Positions 1-11,094 of a DNA stretch of 64,000 bases are shown here, one piece after another. A program made the translations under genes and the position numbers. Every line of letters starts with the position of its first letter. Positions within the stretch are counted from its first letter, which is position 1. The stretch comes from Pristiophorus japonicus (lineage: Eukaryota): the NCBI RefSeq assembly GCF_044704955.1, contig NC_091999.1:26908001-26972000 (forward strand), written 5' to 3'. The notes beneath the pieces were generated by a model. It searched no databases and was not told the origin of the DNA. It was given only the letters and a program-made list of their open reading frames with translations.

Positions 1-29
1 GGCGAGGTTAATAAATCCTGAGCAATGAG

Positions 30-460
30 GAATCCTGAACCAGAAGATCGTGGGTTGAAGTCCCACTCCAGATATTTGATCACAATATGTAAGCAGAGTC
101 TCTCAGTGCAGTGCTGGGGGCCTGGTGCATTGTCGGAGGTGCCGTATTTCGGATCATGTGTTAAACCAAGAATCCATCTAGCCTCTCAGGTGGAGGTAAA
201 AGTTCCCCTGGAATTATTTCAATGAAAAGCAGAGGAGTTCTCCCTTGTGGCCTGTGAATATTAATCCCTCAAGAAATAACACTAAACAAAAAAAATGGTC
301 GTTATCACACTGCTGTTTGTGGGAGCTTGCTGTGCACTAGGTGACTGCCGCACTTTGTACATTACAACTGTGACCACATTTCACAACTTAATTCATTGCC
401 TGGCAAGCGCTTTGGTTCAGTCTGTGGTCGCTGAAGGCGCTGTATAAAGTCAAAATTGTA
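30..460 (+). mobile_element. SacSINE1/DeuSINE-like SINE
   Basis: B-box-like GGGTTGAAGTCCC. Deu-domain-like GGAGGTGCCGTATTTCGGATC..GTTAAACC and GCTGTTTGTGGGAGCTTGCTGTGC. L2-type tail GGCGCTGTATAAA. Homologous copies on the minus strand at ~18000-18440, ~60100-60345 and ~63290-63525. Confidence 0.65.
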
Positions 461-589
461 TCGCAAGAATACACAAACTGCATGATTGGGAATTAGGAAT
501 ATTCCTCTGTTTCTACTAATTTCAATCAAAGTCCTGACTGAGATCAGCGCTCAGAATGGTCTGGAACCTCCCTGGATTGTGCCTCTTAC

Positions 590-910
590 CCTGAGATCTG
601 CTGAAGTTACGGCTTTGTGTGCCCCCTTCATGAGTGACTTGGCAGGTGTAGACCGAGCCGGTGAACCATTCCCTGGCGGGGAGTGTCAGCCGACTGGCCG
701 TCAAAACGTTTCCGTTCATCTCAAAGGCGGGAGAGGTGATGAAGCCCGAATCCAGGAGTTGTCCACTCTTCAGCCAATTCATGGTCAGTGACTTTGGCCT
801 TAATTCGATGATTGAACACATGGCGCTTGCATATCTGCTGCTGATGATTTGTTCAGTGGAACATGGCAAGAGGAGAACAATTGGAGGAACAATGATCCGT
901 TCACGACGTT
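590..910 (-). pseudogene. IgM heavy chain constant exon CH2
   Basis: Reads VPPIVLL..SAMCSIIELRPKSLTMNWLKSGQLLDSGFITSP..SRLTLPAREWFTGSVYTCQVTHEGGTQSRN, a C1-set domain matching shark Cmu2 as recalled. Donor G|GTAAG at 590/589. No in-phase AG acceptor visible near 910, so the 5' boundary is approximate. Confidence 0.88.
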
Positions 911-1059
911 CACGAGAAGGCATTTTATTGACATTGCTTGCAAAATAAATGAGTAAGAAATGCAAAGTGTCCTTATATTTTAACAAGTTCTTTGCTGTCA
1001 GATTCACACCAACCTGGCATTTGCAGAGAGCAAAATTGTGCACAGTATACTCAGTGTAA

Positions 1060-1325
1060 TATGCAGACCAGAACTGTGCATAATATTCTAAGTGCGATAT
1101 GGGGATCAGAACCATGCACAGTATTCTAAGTGTGATATGGAGACCAGAGCTGTGCATACTATTCTAAGTACGATATGGAGACCAGAACTTTACACAGTAT
1201 TCTAAGTATGAGATGGAAACCAGAATTGTAAACAATATTCTAAATGTGATAAGGAAACTAGAACTGTGCACAGTATTCTAAGTATTATATGGAGACCAGA
1301 ACTATGCACAGTACTCTAAGTGTTG
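1060..1325. repeat. 38-bp minisatellite (~7 copies) derived from CR1 RT sequence
   Basis: Unit TATTCTAAGTGTGATATGGAGACCAGAACTGTGCACAG. The minus strand reads HLEYCAQFWSP, the CR1 ORF2 LEYCVQFWSP motif. Confidence 0.85.
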
Positions 1326-1401
1326 TCTAACCAAGTTTCTATACAAGTTCAACATAACTTCTCACCTTATCACAGATTGCCCTGTATCCCACATCATTAA
1401 C

Positions 1402-1701
1402 CTGACATTGTGATGTTCCACACCGACACACCACGTCGAACCTCGCAGCAGATTGTGCTGCTCCCCACCTCCGACTCGGTGATGGTTAACTGGCTGCTCA
1501 GGGTGCAGGTTCAATTCTTTTTGAGCAATGACGGGTAGGTCTTCAATCCAGTGGTGATCGGCTCTTTATCTTCCTTCCAGAAAAGGCTGATGATGTCAGG
1601 GGAGTAGTCCATCACCAAACAGCCCTACGTGATGGAGCCATCGGTGCTGGGTTGTTCACAGGAGGAGAGCAGGGCGCAGAGGGTGGGGGGAGACGGTGTT
1701 A
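1402..1701 (-). pseudogene. IgM heavy chain constant exon CH1 with two in-frame stops
   Basis: 300-nt phase-1 exon (cccag|...|gttaat): [89 protein letters not shown]. Typical shark Cmu1. Stops at 1625-1627 and 1511-1513. Confidence 0.93.
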
Positions 1702-2439
1702 CTGGGAAGGAATGGCCCATTGAACAAGTTAGACTCTGTAATCCGTGCTTACAAAAGAAATAAACAAATCGAAATTTGATTGCAGAATAAACTAATTCCA
1801 CCATTTCTCCATCAAAGACTACACGGGCATTTGAGCTTCTGTCAGTTCTATCGTAAGCACCTGTCAATGCGCTGGTCAGGAACGCACCTCTCTATCACCG
1901 AGCTCTATCACATTACACAACAAGAACCTTTACACAACTCGTCAATAAAGAAGCCTTCATTGGATCATACAATAGCAGAACAGAGACGTTTTTCCTGTTA
2001 TTTCGGCCTGCATTTATTTCTCAATCAGCACCATTTCTTGTCCTTTATTTAATTGCAGTTTGGGAAAATTTGCTCTGTGCACGTTGCCTGCGGTGTATCC
2101 GTACAAAGCAACAGTGACTGCACTTCAAAGTAACAGCGGAATTCCGGCTTAGGACGTTCGCAAAAAACCCTGCAAACTTGCCTATCACATAATTCAACAG
2201 GTAGCGTTTCCATAGTCTAGTTTCTAAGATGCAAGTTGTAAATGAACCGCGATTGAGTCGAATTTCTTCCTTATTTTCTCAGCATTTGAGGGAGAGCGAT
2301 GTCCTTCAGCGCACTGTGATCTGAGCTCTATTCCATCCTATTATATGCATGTCTCTTGAGTAGCCTGCTTCCTGCAACTCAATTAATAATCCGAATAAAA
2401 TACCATTCCAAAATCCGGTTAATTTGAAGTTACTCCTTA

Positions 2440-3380
2440 AATGGCCCGTTTCAATTCCCATTGTTGTTCTTGTTATATAAAAATGACATCGACTTGGTTA
2501 CAGGGAATACAATTTCGAAGTTCAAAAATGATGCAAAACCTGGCAACGTAGCCAATAGTGAGCATGATAGCAGCAGACTCCATGAGGAGACAGATGGACC
2601 AGTGAAATAGGCTGGGACATGGCAATTGCAATTCAATGCGAATCATTGAGAAGCAATGCACATTGGGTGGAAGTTGGAGAGGCATATAATCTAAATAGTA
2701 TTGTTTTGAGCGGATGCACGAATAGAGAGATCTGGATGTACATATTCACAAATCTTTGAAGAGGGCAGGGCAAACTGGTAAGGCTGTTAGGAAAGCGTAT
2801 GGGATACTTGACTTTGTAAATGGGGCATTGAATACAAAAACAAGGCGGTTATGCTAAACATACAGATCACGTGTTAGGCCTCAGCTGGACTATTGCTTAC
2901 AATTTTGTCACCACAATGTAGGAAGGATGTCAAGCCCTTGGGGAGTGTAGAGGGGAGGCTTTTACCTGGATGATGCCAGGGATGGGGTCTTCAGTTATGC
3001 GGAGAGATTGGAGAAGCTGGAATATTCTCCTTAGAGCAGAGGTTAAGAGGAGACCTAAGAGAGATATTCAACATTATGTCAGGTTAAGTATACTAAGTCG
3101 GGAGAAAATGTTCCGCTGGAAAGTAGGTGGGTAACCAAATGTCGCAGTTTTAAAATAATTGTGAAAAGATCAGAAGGTGAAATTCAGGTGATTTTATTCA
3201 CACAGAGGTTTGCTAATTTTAGGAATGCTCCAGGCAGTATCTCCTGTACGTCAGGAGGACTCATTTGCACGTTTACAATGTAAACTCTGGGGAGTTGGAC
3301 TAAATTGGACAGCTCTTTCAGAGCCGGCACAGGCACGATGCCTGAATGGCCTCTTCCAATGCTGTGTGATGCTATGAGTC
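2440..3380 (+). mobile_element. Old CR1 LINE 3' fragment
   Basis: Degenerate RT C-terminal motifs (DAKPG, VRPQLDYC, RGDL) followed by a CR1-type 3' end. Confidence 0.7.
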
Positions 3381-4094
3381 TACACAAGTCAGTGGGAATA
3401 GTTCTTCTAGATTTCATGGAAGGAAACACTTCATATTTTGGACACCTCTACCAGATCTATTTTTATTGTTCGTTATAATGAAAGAGAATATTTAAAATAA
3501 AGGGATCTTATAAATCTGACGCAAATTGGTCAATCGCTTGCTGTTAGAAAAGCTTAAATTCATTGCGAATGATGACTTATTGCAGGTTGACTCTCTCTCT
3601 TTAAATGTTTCACAAAATTGCAGCTCAGTGACTGTGTGCCTTGTGTTGTGACCCAGGCCAATAGCTGCATCTCCTCACAGTTTGTCGCTGCCTTTAACCT
3701 TCACAGGAAGAATTGGACAACGTAATTTTTCTAAACATGAGGTCCCCATGATGGTTATTTGAAGTGGGAGTCTCGATATTCTCTATTTTAATTGTGGAAA
3801 TAACTTGTAACCTCCCATCAGATCAGAACAGGCGCTGCTTTCTCGAGCGTTATTCACTTCCTGAAACTGTTTGTTCTGAAAGTGAGCTGAGGATCAGGCC
3901 AATCATGTTCTTTAGTAATCTGATGCTCAAAATGTTCAAACATTAATAACTCATAAAAAATTGGGCATTTTTTCAGAAAGAATATAAACATCAAAGAATG
4001 TGCGCTTTTTAATCTGTGCAATGGGACGAATTATTGTATATATCTGGCACGAGCAGTTTATCTGCTATCTGTTAGACGCAGATAACGGTGCCTA

Positions 4095-4620
4095 GAACAT
4101 TGCCTGACCAAGCACTCTCAGGTCAGACACAGCACGGATAAGAGAGCAAAGCTCCCGCTATGCTGCCGTGTGGGTCAGGACAGGTATAGCAAGTGTTGCA
4201 CACAGAGTAATATGTTATCTATACTATCCCGTCAAACATTCCCAGCTCAGGTACTGCAGAGATGTGCTACGAAATGTCTCCCCATAAAATGCGTTATCAA
4301 ATTTACCGATTAATTAAGCACAATTATTACGAGTACAATGAAAATCTTCCAATACACTGTCCCATTAAAGCGCACCACCCCTCCAAAGCTCTGATTAAAT
4401 AGAAGACATTCTATATTGAAGGACCCAATTAAGTTCCACGTCCTTGTAAAGAAAAGGTTAAATACTGATTAAAGCTATCTCTGCAATGTCCCATCATGCA
4501 CTGCCAGGTAAGATAACGCACGGGTTAGTTGCAGAGTAAAGCAGTCATATCAAACACTGTCAGGGCAGGTACAACCGGGTTAGAAACTGATTAAAGCCTC
4601 TTCGACTGTCTCCTCGTGGT
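4095..4620. repeat. Degenerate ~66-bp tandem repeat (same family as 16682-17165)
   Basis: Recurrent CTGTCCCATCAAACA..CAGGGCAGGTACAGCACGGGTTAGA..CAGAGTAAAGC motifs. Confidence 0.7.
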
Positions 4621-7019
4621 GTTTCGGAACTGCTCCTTCTGACTGTCACAATCTGGGTTACTGATCTCATTTCTACGGCGAATCCTCAACCTTAAAGTCA
4701 ATCTTTCACGTTTCTCACAGATACCAATTTCTTAAATAACTGAATTAAATGACACTCCCCGCAATACAGGATCACAACCCAGAAGGTTTACAACCCGTCA
4801 GGAGGACTCCTGATGCTCACACAGTGAGCAGGCGCACAGAAACAGAACAGACACAAACGGTGCAAGAAGGGTGCTCTAGGCAGAGAGAGACCAGTTCAAT
4901 CTGTTAATTTCAATGAAGATGTTAGATTTCTAGTTTATTTCTTGTCAATTTCCAACCACCTCAACGCTGCAGATTCTTTGAAATTAATCTGATATTAATT
5001 TGAGAGACTCTTCAACATCCAGCCATTTCCCCATCTCTGTCAACTATCTTGTAAACCGTGTAAAAATTTACTTCCCTGAAAGCAAGTAGCTGGAAATAAT
5101 TCACATTCCACGGGAATTTGCTGCCCGTCACACGGGACTCGGTGACAGAGTAAGAATGTCACAATCCAGGAGACATATACAGCGATACCTAATCATCCAC
5201 TGATTTTATATGTTTTCATCAGTAAATATAACCTGTAAAATCATCGCGGCAAAATAGGAAATTAATTCACTAAAATCTGCAGCGACACATTGTCGAACTC
5301 AGCACAGCCGAGTTATCAATGCATTGTTTTCTAAATTAATTCATGAATGAATTAAACATTATCTCCAACGCTTGAAATTTTGCAATAATTGTAATACTGA
5401 CCAGTATGCAACACAATTGTAAGTGCTCGCTTATGTTTTAATGAATTAGCACTGATGTTACATTCTAATTTAATGTTCATGTTAGCTGAATATTGAAAAT
5501 AATCTGAGTGCCATTCTGGCCCTTCCTCCTCAGAAGCATACCTACCTGGAACTTTTGAAATTAAATTAACGTGCTTGAATTTCAGCCATACAAATAGAAG
5601 TAATTATTAAACTTTTTAAAACCTTTTCTGCCTGATAACTTGTGATATATTATGGTTTACTTAACTTACCACAACAATTAATCAATATTAAAATATTAAG
5701 CTGCATATTAATACATGACTACTCTGAAATATACCTTATTTTTACTTAAATGGAATCAAATTTGAATAATTGACAATAATCACGCAGTTCTACTATTGTC
5801 CCGTTCTCGACCGACACCTTTTTAAACTCTGCATGTTTCTAATATAGCATAAACTGCGTCTATTTGCAGAGAGCATTTCACATTATGGATTTGGGTGTGG
5901 ACTAATTTAAATAGTTCTCTGTCCAGCCAGGGTCACAACTCCGATGGGCTGTAAACCGCTTGTTTACTAATGCTGGAATCTCGAGCTGAAATATTCTCCT
6001 CAATCTTAAACCCCAAAAATGGTTTTATTAATTAAAATCCATCCTTGCAGTTTGCAGTCAGTAGCAGAGCCTCCACTACTTAATAACACAGACAATCTTT
6101 TAAAGTTCATAGAAACATAGAAAATAGCTGCAGGAGTAGGCCATTAGGCCCTTCGAGCCTGCACCGCCATTCAATGAGTTCCTGGCTGAACACTCCAGTT
6201 ATTCACAAAATGCCCGTAAGTTAATGATTAAATATATTCTGCTACTTCTTGAAAATAGTTTCCAGAATGGTCAGTGTAAAACTAGAGGATAACAATTCAT
6301 TCAGACCATCTGGGGCACTGAAACTGAATGTGCAAATGGAGGAGAGACTTTGTTCATCAATTTAATATTAATAAAAATTAAACATAGCTCTCAGATATGG
6401 TTTGTGCTTTGTCTACCTTCTATTCCGCATACAGCAGCGTTTTGGGAGATAGGATTTTGTTTCAAATACAAAGTAAGATGAACCTTTTGTAAGTAAATTA
6501 ATCTGCTTGAATTTCAATGGATTACTTGCTGTCTCCAGCCATACGCATTCGGAATCTGCCTTGAATTTCAATATAATTACATGAACAATTCTTTGACTGC
6601 CAGCGATGCCTGTCTCTCAGCTTTTGTTCTTGCAAAGTGTTCAAGGTTAACTTAGTGATAATTCTATCAAACAACACACAATATTGATTCAATAACAAAT
6701 TTAGGCTACACAGTGAGAATGTCATACCCCGGCAGATAGATTAAATTGACAAAATGCAATTTGCAACACGGCTTTAAGTTATAATTAATTGCACTCAGTC
6801 ATTCATCTGTGTAAAGAGGAGGTAGCAAGTAATTGAACTCCCGACTCAAACTGAACACAGCGGTGGAATCAGTATGTTGTTAATGAAATAATTGCAGGCA
6901 TAATTAATAACTGTATCCAGCCTCTAAAAGTTTCTGCTTCCCTTAATGGTGCCCAGTGTAGAGCAGGATTTTTGAAGGCGAATAATATTCAGAACATGAA
7001 CATTGGACAAATAGCATAT

Positions 7020-8220
7020 TTTAATAACATTCGGTGATATTATTGCATTATAATCGGTTGGTTAATAGTAATTTAATTCAACTACAACCTGAATAAGTTA
7101 ATTATGTAGATGGCAACTAGTTACATTTCACATATTAATATACCAGCATCGTCAAAATAGATTAATAGTTGAATATATAATTATCACTTCAATAATTGTG
7201 ATGTTAAAATACCTTTCAATGACTTCTGATGTCTAAACCCGTCCTGTTCTTTGCCTACCTACTGTTTAAAAACAGTTTCAAAATACATATCTTGTTTGGA
7301 TTCGATCAGAAACCTGCTGCTGCCCGCTGTCACCGATATTAAACATTGTAGAAACGCCAAACAGCTTCACTAATTCTAGGTATTCTGAGTAACACAGGCA
7401 CAAACTCTCCTCAGCAGATCAATACTAAATCACATCGCTGAGGGGCGGAATCCATCGACAGAACCTTTCATGGAGCAGATCCGTAATTCTATAAACCCTT
7501 TCAGCAGAATCAAATGTATCATTGCAAAAAAATCTCATTACACAATCACCGAACCCGCCTCACACTGAGATATCTAATGATTGAATTCAACAGAAATATA
7601 AAATACTGACAGAGAATTGTGATTCGACGGATTATGTTAAATACGTTAATTTTGATATTATAGCGTATTTCAATAATAATTGGTGATATTACTACGTTAT
7701 AATAATGTTAATTTAAATGTGTTCCAGCTGGAAATATGTTAATTTTTCAGTTCTTAATTACAGCTCACGTATTGAATCTGATCATTTGGGAACATTCGGT
7801 CAGTAGATGACAATGTAATTTTCATGAAAAAACTAAAAGTCCTTTAGGTTATTTACTGATCGCTAAGCTTTCTGTTTTGTGCCTACAATGTTCTCTTAAA
7901 CACATTCAAACACAATGTTTGCATTCGATCAGAAAAACTGCAGCAATCAGAGGTCACCAAGATTAAACATTGCAGAAACGTCAAACAGTGTAATAATCAT
8001 AAAGTATTTAAAGTAACCTAGACACACAGTCTCGGCAGCAAATAAATACCAAATCACATCAACAACATTTTCTGTGGAGAAACAGTTGAATTCTATAATC
8101 ACTTTGCAGCAGAATCACATTGATAATTGCAAAAAATCTCAAAACAAAATCCACCGAACCCAAGTTTCAGTGAACGAAATAATTATTAAAATAAACAAAA
8201 ATATAAAATAAAGACACAAA
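7020..8220. repeat. Diverged ~650-bp tandem duplication in the J-CH1 intron
   Basis: Paired blocks such as TTCGATCAGAAA, GTCACC.A.ATTAAACATTG.AGAAACG.CAAACAG, CAGCAGAATCA and ATTGCAAAAAA.TCTCA at ~7300-7550 and ~7925-8160. Confidence 0.8.
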
Positions 8221-8254
8221 TAAAAGTGTTACTGAATCAGTGAATGCTCCTTAC

Positions 8255-8304
8255 CTGCAGTCACCGTCACCATGGTCCCTTGTCCCCAGTAGCCCATTGC
8301 GTAA
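8255..8304 (-). pseudogene. IgH J segment (probably D2-J pre-joined)
   Basis: T TAC GCA ATG GGC TAC TGG GGA CAA GGG ACC ATG GTG ACG GTG ACT GCA G|GTAAG = YAMGYWGQGTMVTVTA, with the WGxG motif and a canonical donor. Confidence 0.93.
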
Positions 8305-8332
8305 CACAGTGAGACACGTTGTGTCAAATACT
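8305..8332 (+). promoter_or_regulatory. 12-bp-spacer recombination signal sequence 5' of the (D)J segment
   Basis: CACAGTG (8305-8311) + 12 nt AGACACGTTGTG + TCAAATACT (8324-8332). No nonamer at 22/23 spacing. Confidence 0.88.
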
Positions 8333-8538
8333 CAGGCGGACTGTTAACTGTAAAATACAGAGATTAAATTCCACCCAGCTCTAAAAACCCGATTCTGACT
8401 GTCGTAAGAGTGAATCAGCGAGATATTTCATTTTGTAGCGTTCATTATATTTACAAAAATGATTGGAATACTTCTCAAGCATCTGTGCATGTTCAACATG
8501 GCAATCAATAGTAATAAAGAAGAAAACTGTTATACATT

Positions 8539-8541
<3 letters not shown>

Positions 8542-8570
<29 letters not shown>
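8542..8570. repeat. (TA)n microsatellite between the two RSS
   Basis: Directly visible perfect AT run. Confidence 0.95.
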
Positions 8571-8661
8571 ACTTATTTCTAATTATTTTTATTTAAGCCT
8601 CAGTTCCTTCGACGCTCCTGGCGTGGTAATGGTCGCAGGTTTTAGCAAACTCCCTGTCTGG

Positions 8662-8699
8662 GGTATTTGTATGGAGAGCTCACTCTGTATTGCACCGTG
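8662..8699 (-). promoter_or_regulatory. 22-bp-spacer recombination signal sequence 3' of the VD segment
   Basis: Minus strand CACGGTG + 22 nt CAATACAGAGTGAGCTCTCCAT + ACAAATACC. Confidence 0.9.
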
Positions 8700-9019
8700 A
8701 CCCACTCCCGTAGTCCTTCCTTGCACAGTAATAGATGGTGGTGTCTTCGCTCCTCTTGTTCTTTATGTCCAACGTGAAGATGTTGTTTGAAGTGTCTTTG
8801 GATGCATTAAATCGGCTGTCGATCCCTGGGACGTTATTCTTGCTCGATGGAGTGTAGTAGTAAACCAGCCACTCCAGCCCCTGACCGGGAACCTGGCGGA
8901 CCCAGTTCATGCCATAGCCGCCAAAATCGAACCCGCTGGTTTACAGGTCAGTCTCAGGGAGACTCAGGAAATCCTGGTCTTTGCCTCGGGCTGAGTCAAC
9001 ACCACATCCGACTGGACAC
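8700..9019 (-). pseudogene. IgM VH exon pre-joined to D1 (VD), with a stop and a 1-nt frameshift in FR1
   Basis: tttttacag|GT GTC CAG TCG: VQSDVVLTQPEAKTRIS*VSLRLTC(K) / [74 protein letters not shown] at 8964-8966. One A is missing in TGTAAA(A)CC at ~8940. Confidence 0.93.
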
Positions 9020-9147
9020 CTGTAAAAATAATCAAAATATCCCGAGGATCAATCCTCGGGAAATGATTCCTGACTCTGTAAAATTTCATAGAGAGACTCG
9101 CACTGAGACAGTAACAATGAGAGAATTGGACAATAAAAACTACTCAC

Positions 9148-9193
9148 GGGAAAGTAAAGCCAGCAACAGAACGAAAGCAATCGCCGACCTCAT
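9148..9193 (-). pseudogene. IgH leader exon
   Basis: 46 nt ATG AGG TCG ... TCC C|GTGAGT = MRSAIAFVLLLALLS(R). Phase 1, splices in frame to the V exon across a 128-nt intron. Confidence 0.92.
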
Positions 9194-9279
9194 CCTCCTG
9201 GCAATGTGTGGTGACTGGTTCCAGCAAGAACTCACTGAGCAAACCCACTCCCAGACTGTTGTATTGCGCTCCCAGTGGC

Positions 9280-9382
9280 CGGCAGCTAAATACCTGGGAG
9301 ATGGGGGCGAGGTTAAAGACGCCACCCATTGCTTCCCTGATAGAAGCGGTTTCTGGATCCACGTCACTTCTTCCACATCACC
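9280..9382 (-). promoter_or_regulatory. Putative VH promoter (TATA-like element plus paired CRE/decamer-like motifs)
   Basis: Minus strand GGTGATGTGG (~9373-9382), AGTGACGTGG (9359-9368) and TATTTAG (~9286-9292) upstream of the leader ATG. No ATGCAAAT octamer seen. Confidence 0.5.
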
Positions 9383-10907
9383 AACAGAATGGACTCACAT
9401 CTGGACTGTAAATTAAATCCCTTTATTCCTCACTCTTTCACAGGGGATGTAAATCTTTGAGATTGAATTACATTATCAGGATCTAATGACACGGCCAGTT
9501 TGTGCTTTTACATCTCCCGCTATCTATCCATGCAACTGTACCAATAAAGTATCCCCTATAATCTGAATTGATATCACTCTATGTAACCGAGTGCGGTAGA
9601 TGGGTAATGTGATTCTATTTACAGTGTACTTGGCTGAAGCTACATTTTGTTCTGGAGATGAGATCATACTCCTCACATTATACAATTGTCTCTCACTGCA
9701 TTTCACTAACTGCCCCTGAGTCTGTGACTCTAAGACAGCCGTTTGTAAATTTAGCTGTAAAATAAGTCTGCTTGTCTGATGATTAAGGAGTGAGTTGACG
9801 AAGACACATAAGAAAGTGGGGGCCGCCCGCTTCAGACCAGCGTTTTATGAGAGAAGCTGGTGAATCAGAATCGATAATGTGATCAGCAAACCTTGACATC
9901 CAAATCCTTGCCGCTAACTTTAATAGCGACCGAATGTGTAACAGACACGGGTAACAGGAACACGGTGTATCAGGACATAGTGGTATCTTACAGAATATCA
10001 CAGGAATAAATGCTTCATCTCCAGCAGAAACAGAGATCACAATCTGGGCCTTTCACCACCCACTGGTAGCCGGGCTATGAGAGGGCTTGTTCAGGGATCC
10101 AAATCAGTTCAAGTTACACCGCACCCTGCGCGGCTACTGATCACGAATAATGGAGACATGTGTTTAGACCAGGCTCAAAATTCTGTGAGAATATTAAAGA
10201 AGTGCAGCTGGCACTTCTCTGTGAGAATATTCAAGGCAATTCAACCTGTTTTAGTTACTTTGCGAATCCCACTCATCTCATTACAGTGTGGGGTGAGGAC
10301 ATTAAACGTCTCTCCAGCACTTCATGCTGTACTGAATAAATCGATTGAAAGATTTAGAATGGTCTTTATTTGGAAATAGTTTTCATTAGGTACCGTGTGG
10401 ATCAATTCATTATTTTCAGATCCTGTTTTGTAATATTGTGAGCATGCAATTTACGTAAAATCATTCTTGAGATGTTATACTATGGAAAATGTTTCTTATT
10501 TTAAAAGTTCGACTGAATAATGTAATATTTAAATAGTTAAATACCATATTTCTCTCATTCTTGTTCACGCTAATCTGACCCGCACAATATTTGGCAGTAA
10601 CCCAACCGACTGCCGTCAGCGAGCCTCGAACACCAGTGTCATTTTCAGGAAGCATCTGGGGTTCTGTGCACTCCATCAAAGGCCAGTTTTCTCACTACTG
10701 ACCGCATGCCTGGAAGCCAACTTCAAAACATTTACATTGACAAAAGACCTATTTATATACACATCTACCCAATAACAGAACTGGTGTTAAGTTAAATTTT
10801 TTCGTTGTGTAAATGTGTGTAACTGTTCACATATTGCAGGAAAGGAAATATATGCAAAGTCTCAGACACCATGTCAGTCGCAGCAGTCAGCTGGATTATC
10901 AGTACTG

Positions 10908-11094
10908 NNNNNNNNNNNNNNNNNNNNNNNNNNNNNNNNNNNNNNNNNNNNNNNNNNNNNNNNNNNNNNNNNNNNNNNNNNNNNNNNNNNNNNNNNNNNN
11001 NNNNNNNNNNNNNNNNNNNNNNNNNNNNNNNNNNNNNNNNNNNNNNNNNNNNNNNNNNNNNNNNNNNNNNNNNNNNNNNNNNNNNNNNNNNNNN
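10908..11094. other. Assembly gap (N run)
   Basis: Run of N. Confidence 1.

Noticed and set aside
522-1157. 211-aa ORF as a single gene
   Set aside because: Only ~590-910 is the CH2 exon. The rest is intron and minisatellite read-through.
4095-4620. Possible switch region in the J-C intron
   Set aside because: It is a dispersed ~66-bp repeat also present at 16.7-17.2 kb and is not AGCT/G-rich.
4820-4859. RSS-like CACAGTG...ACACAAACG in the J-C intron
   Set aside because: 24-nt spacer, imperfect nonamer and no adjacent D/J coding segment, so probably chance.
8255-9019. IgNAR, IgW, TCR or fully joined IgM1gj identity
   Set aside because: V has a full FR2/CDR2 of VH type, J is WGQG, CH1 and CH2 are mu-type and both present, and RSSs remain between VD and J.
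8847-9416. 189-aa plus-strand ORF
   Set aside because: Antisense to the Ig leader/V exons with no recognisable protein features.
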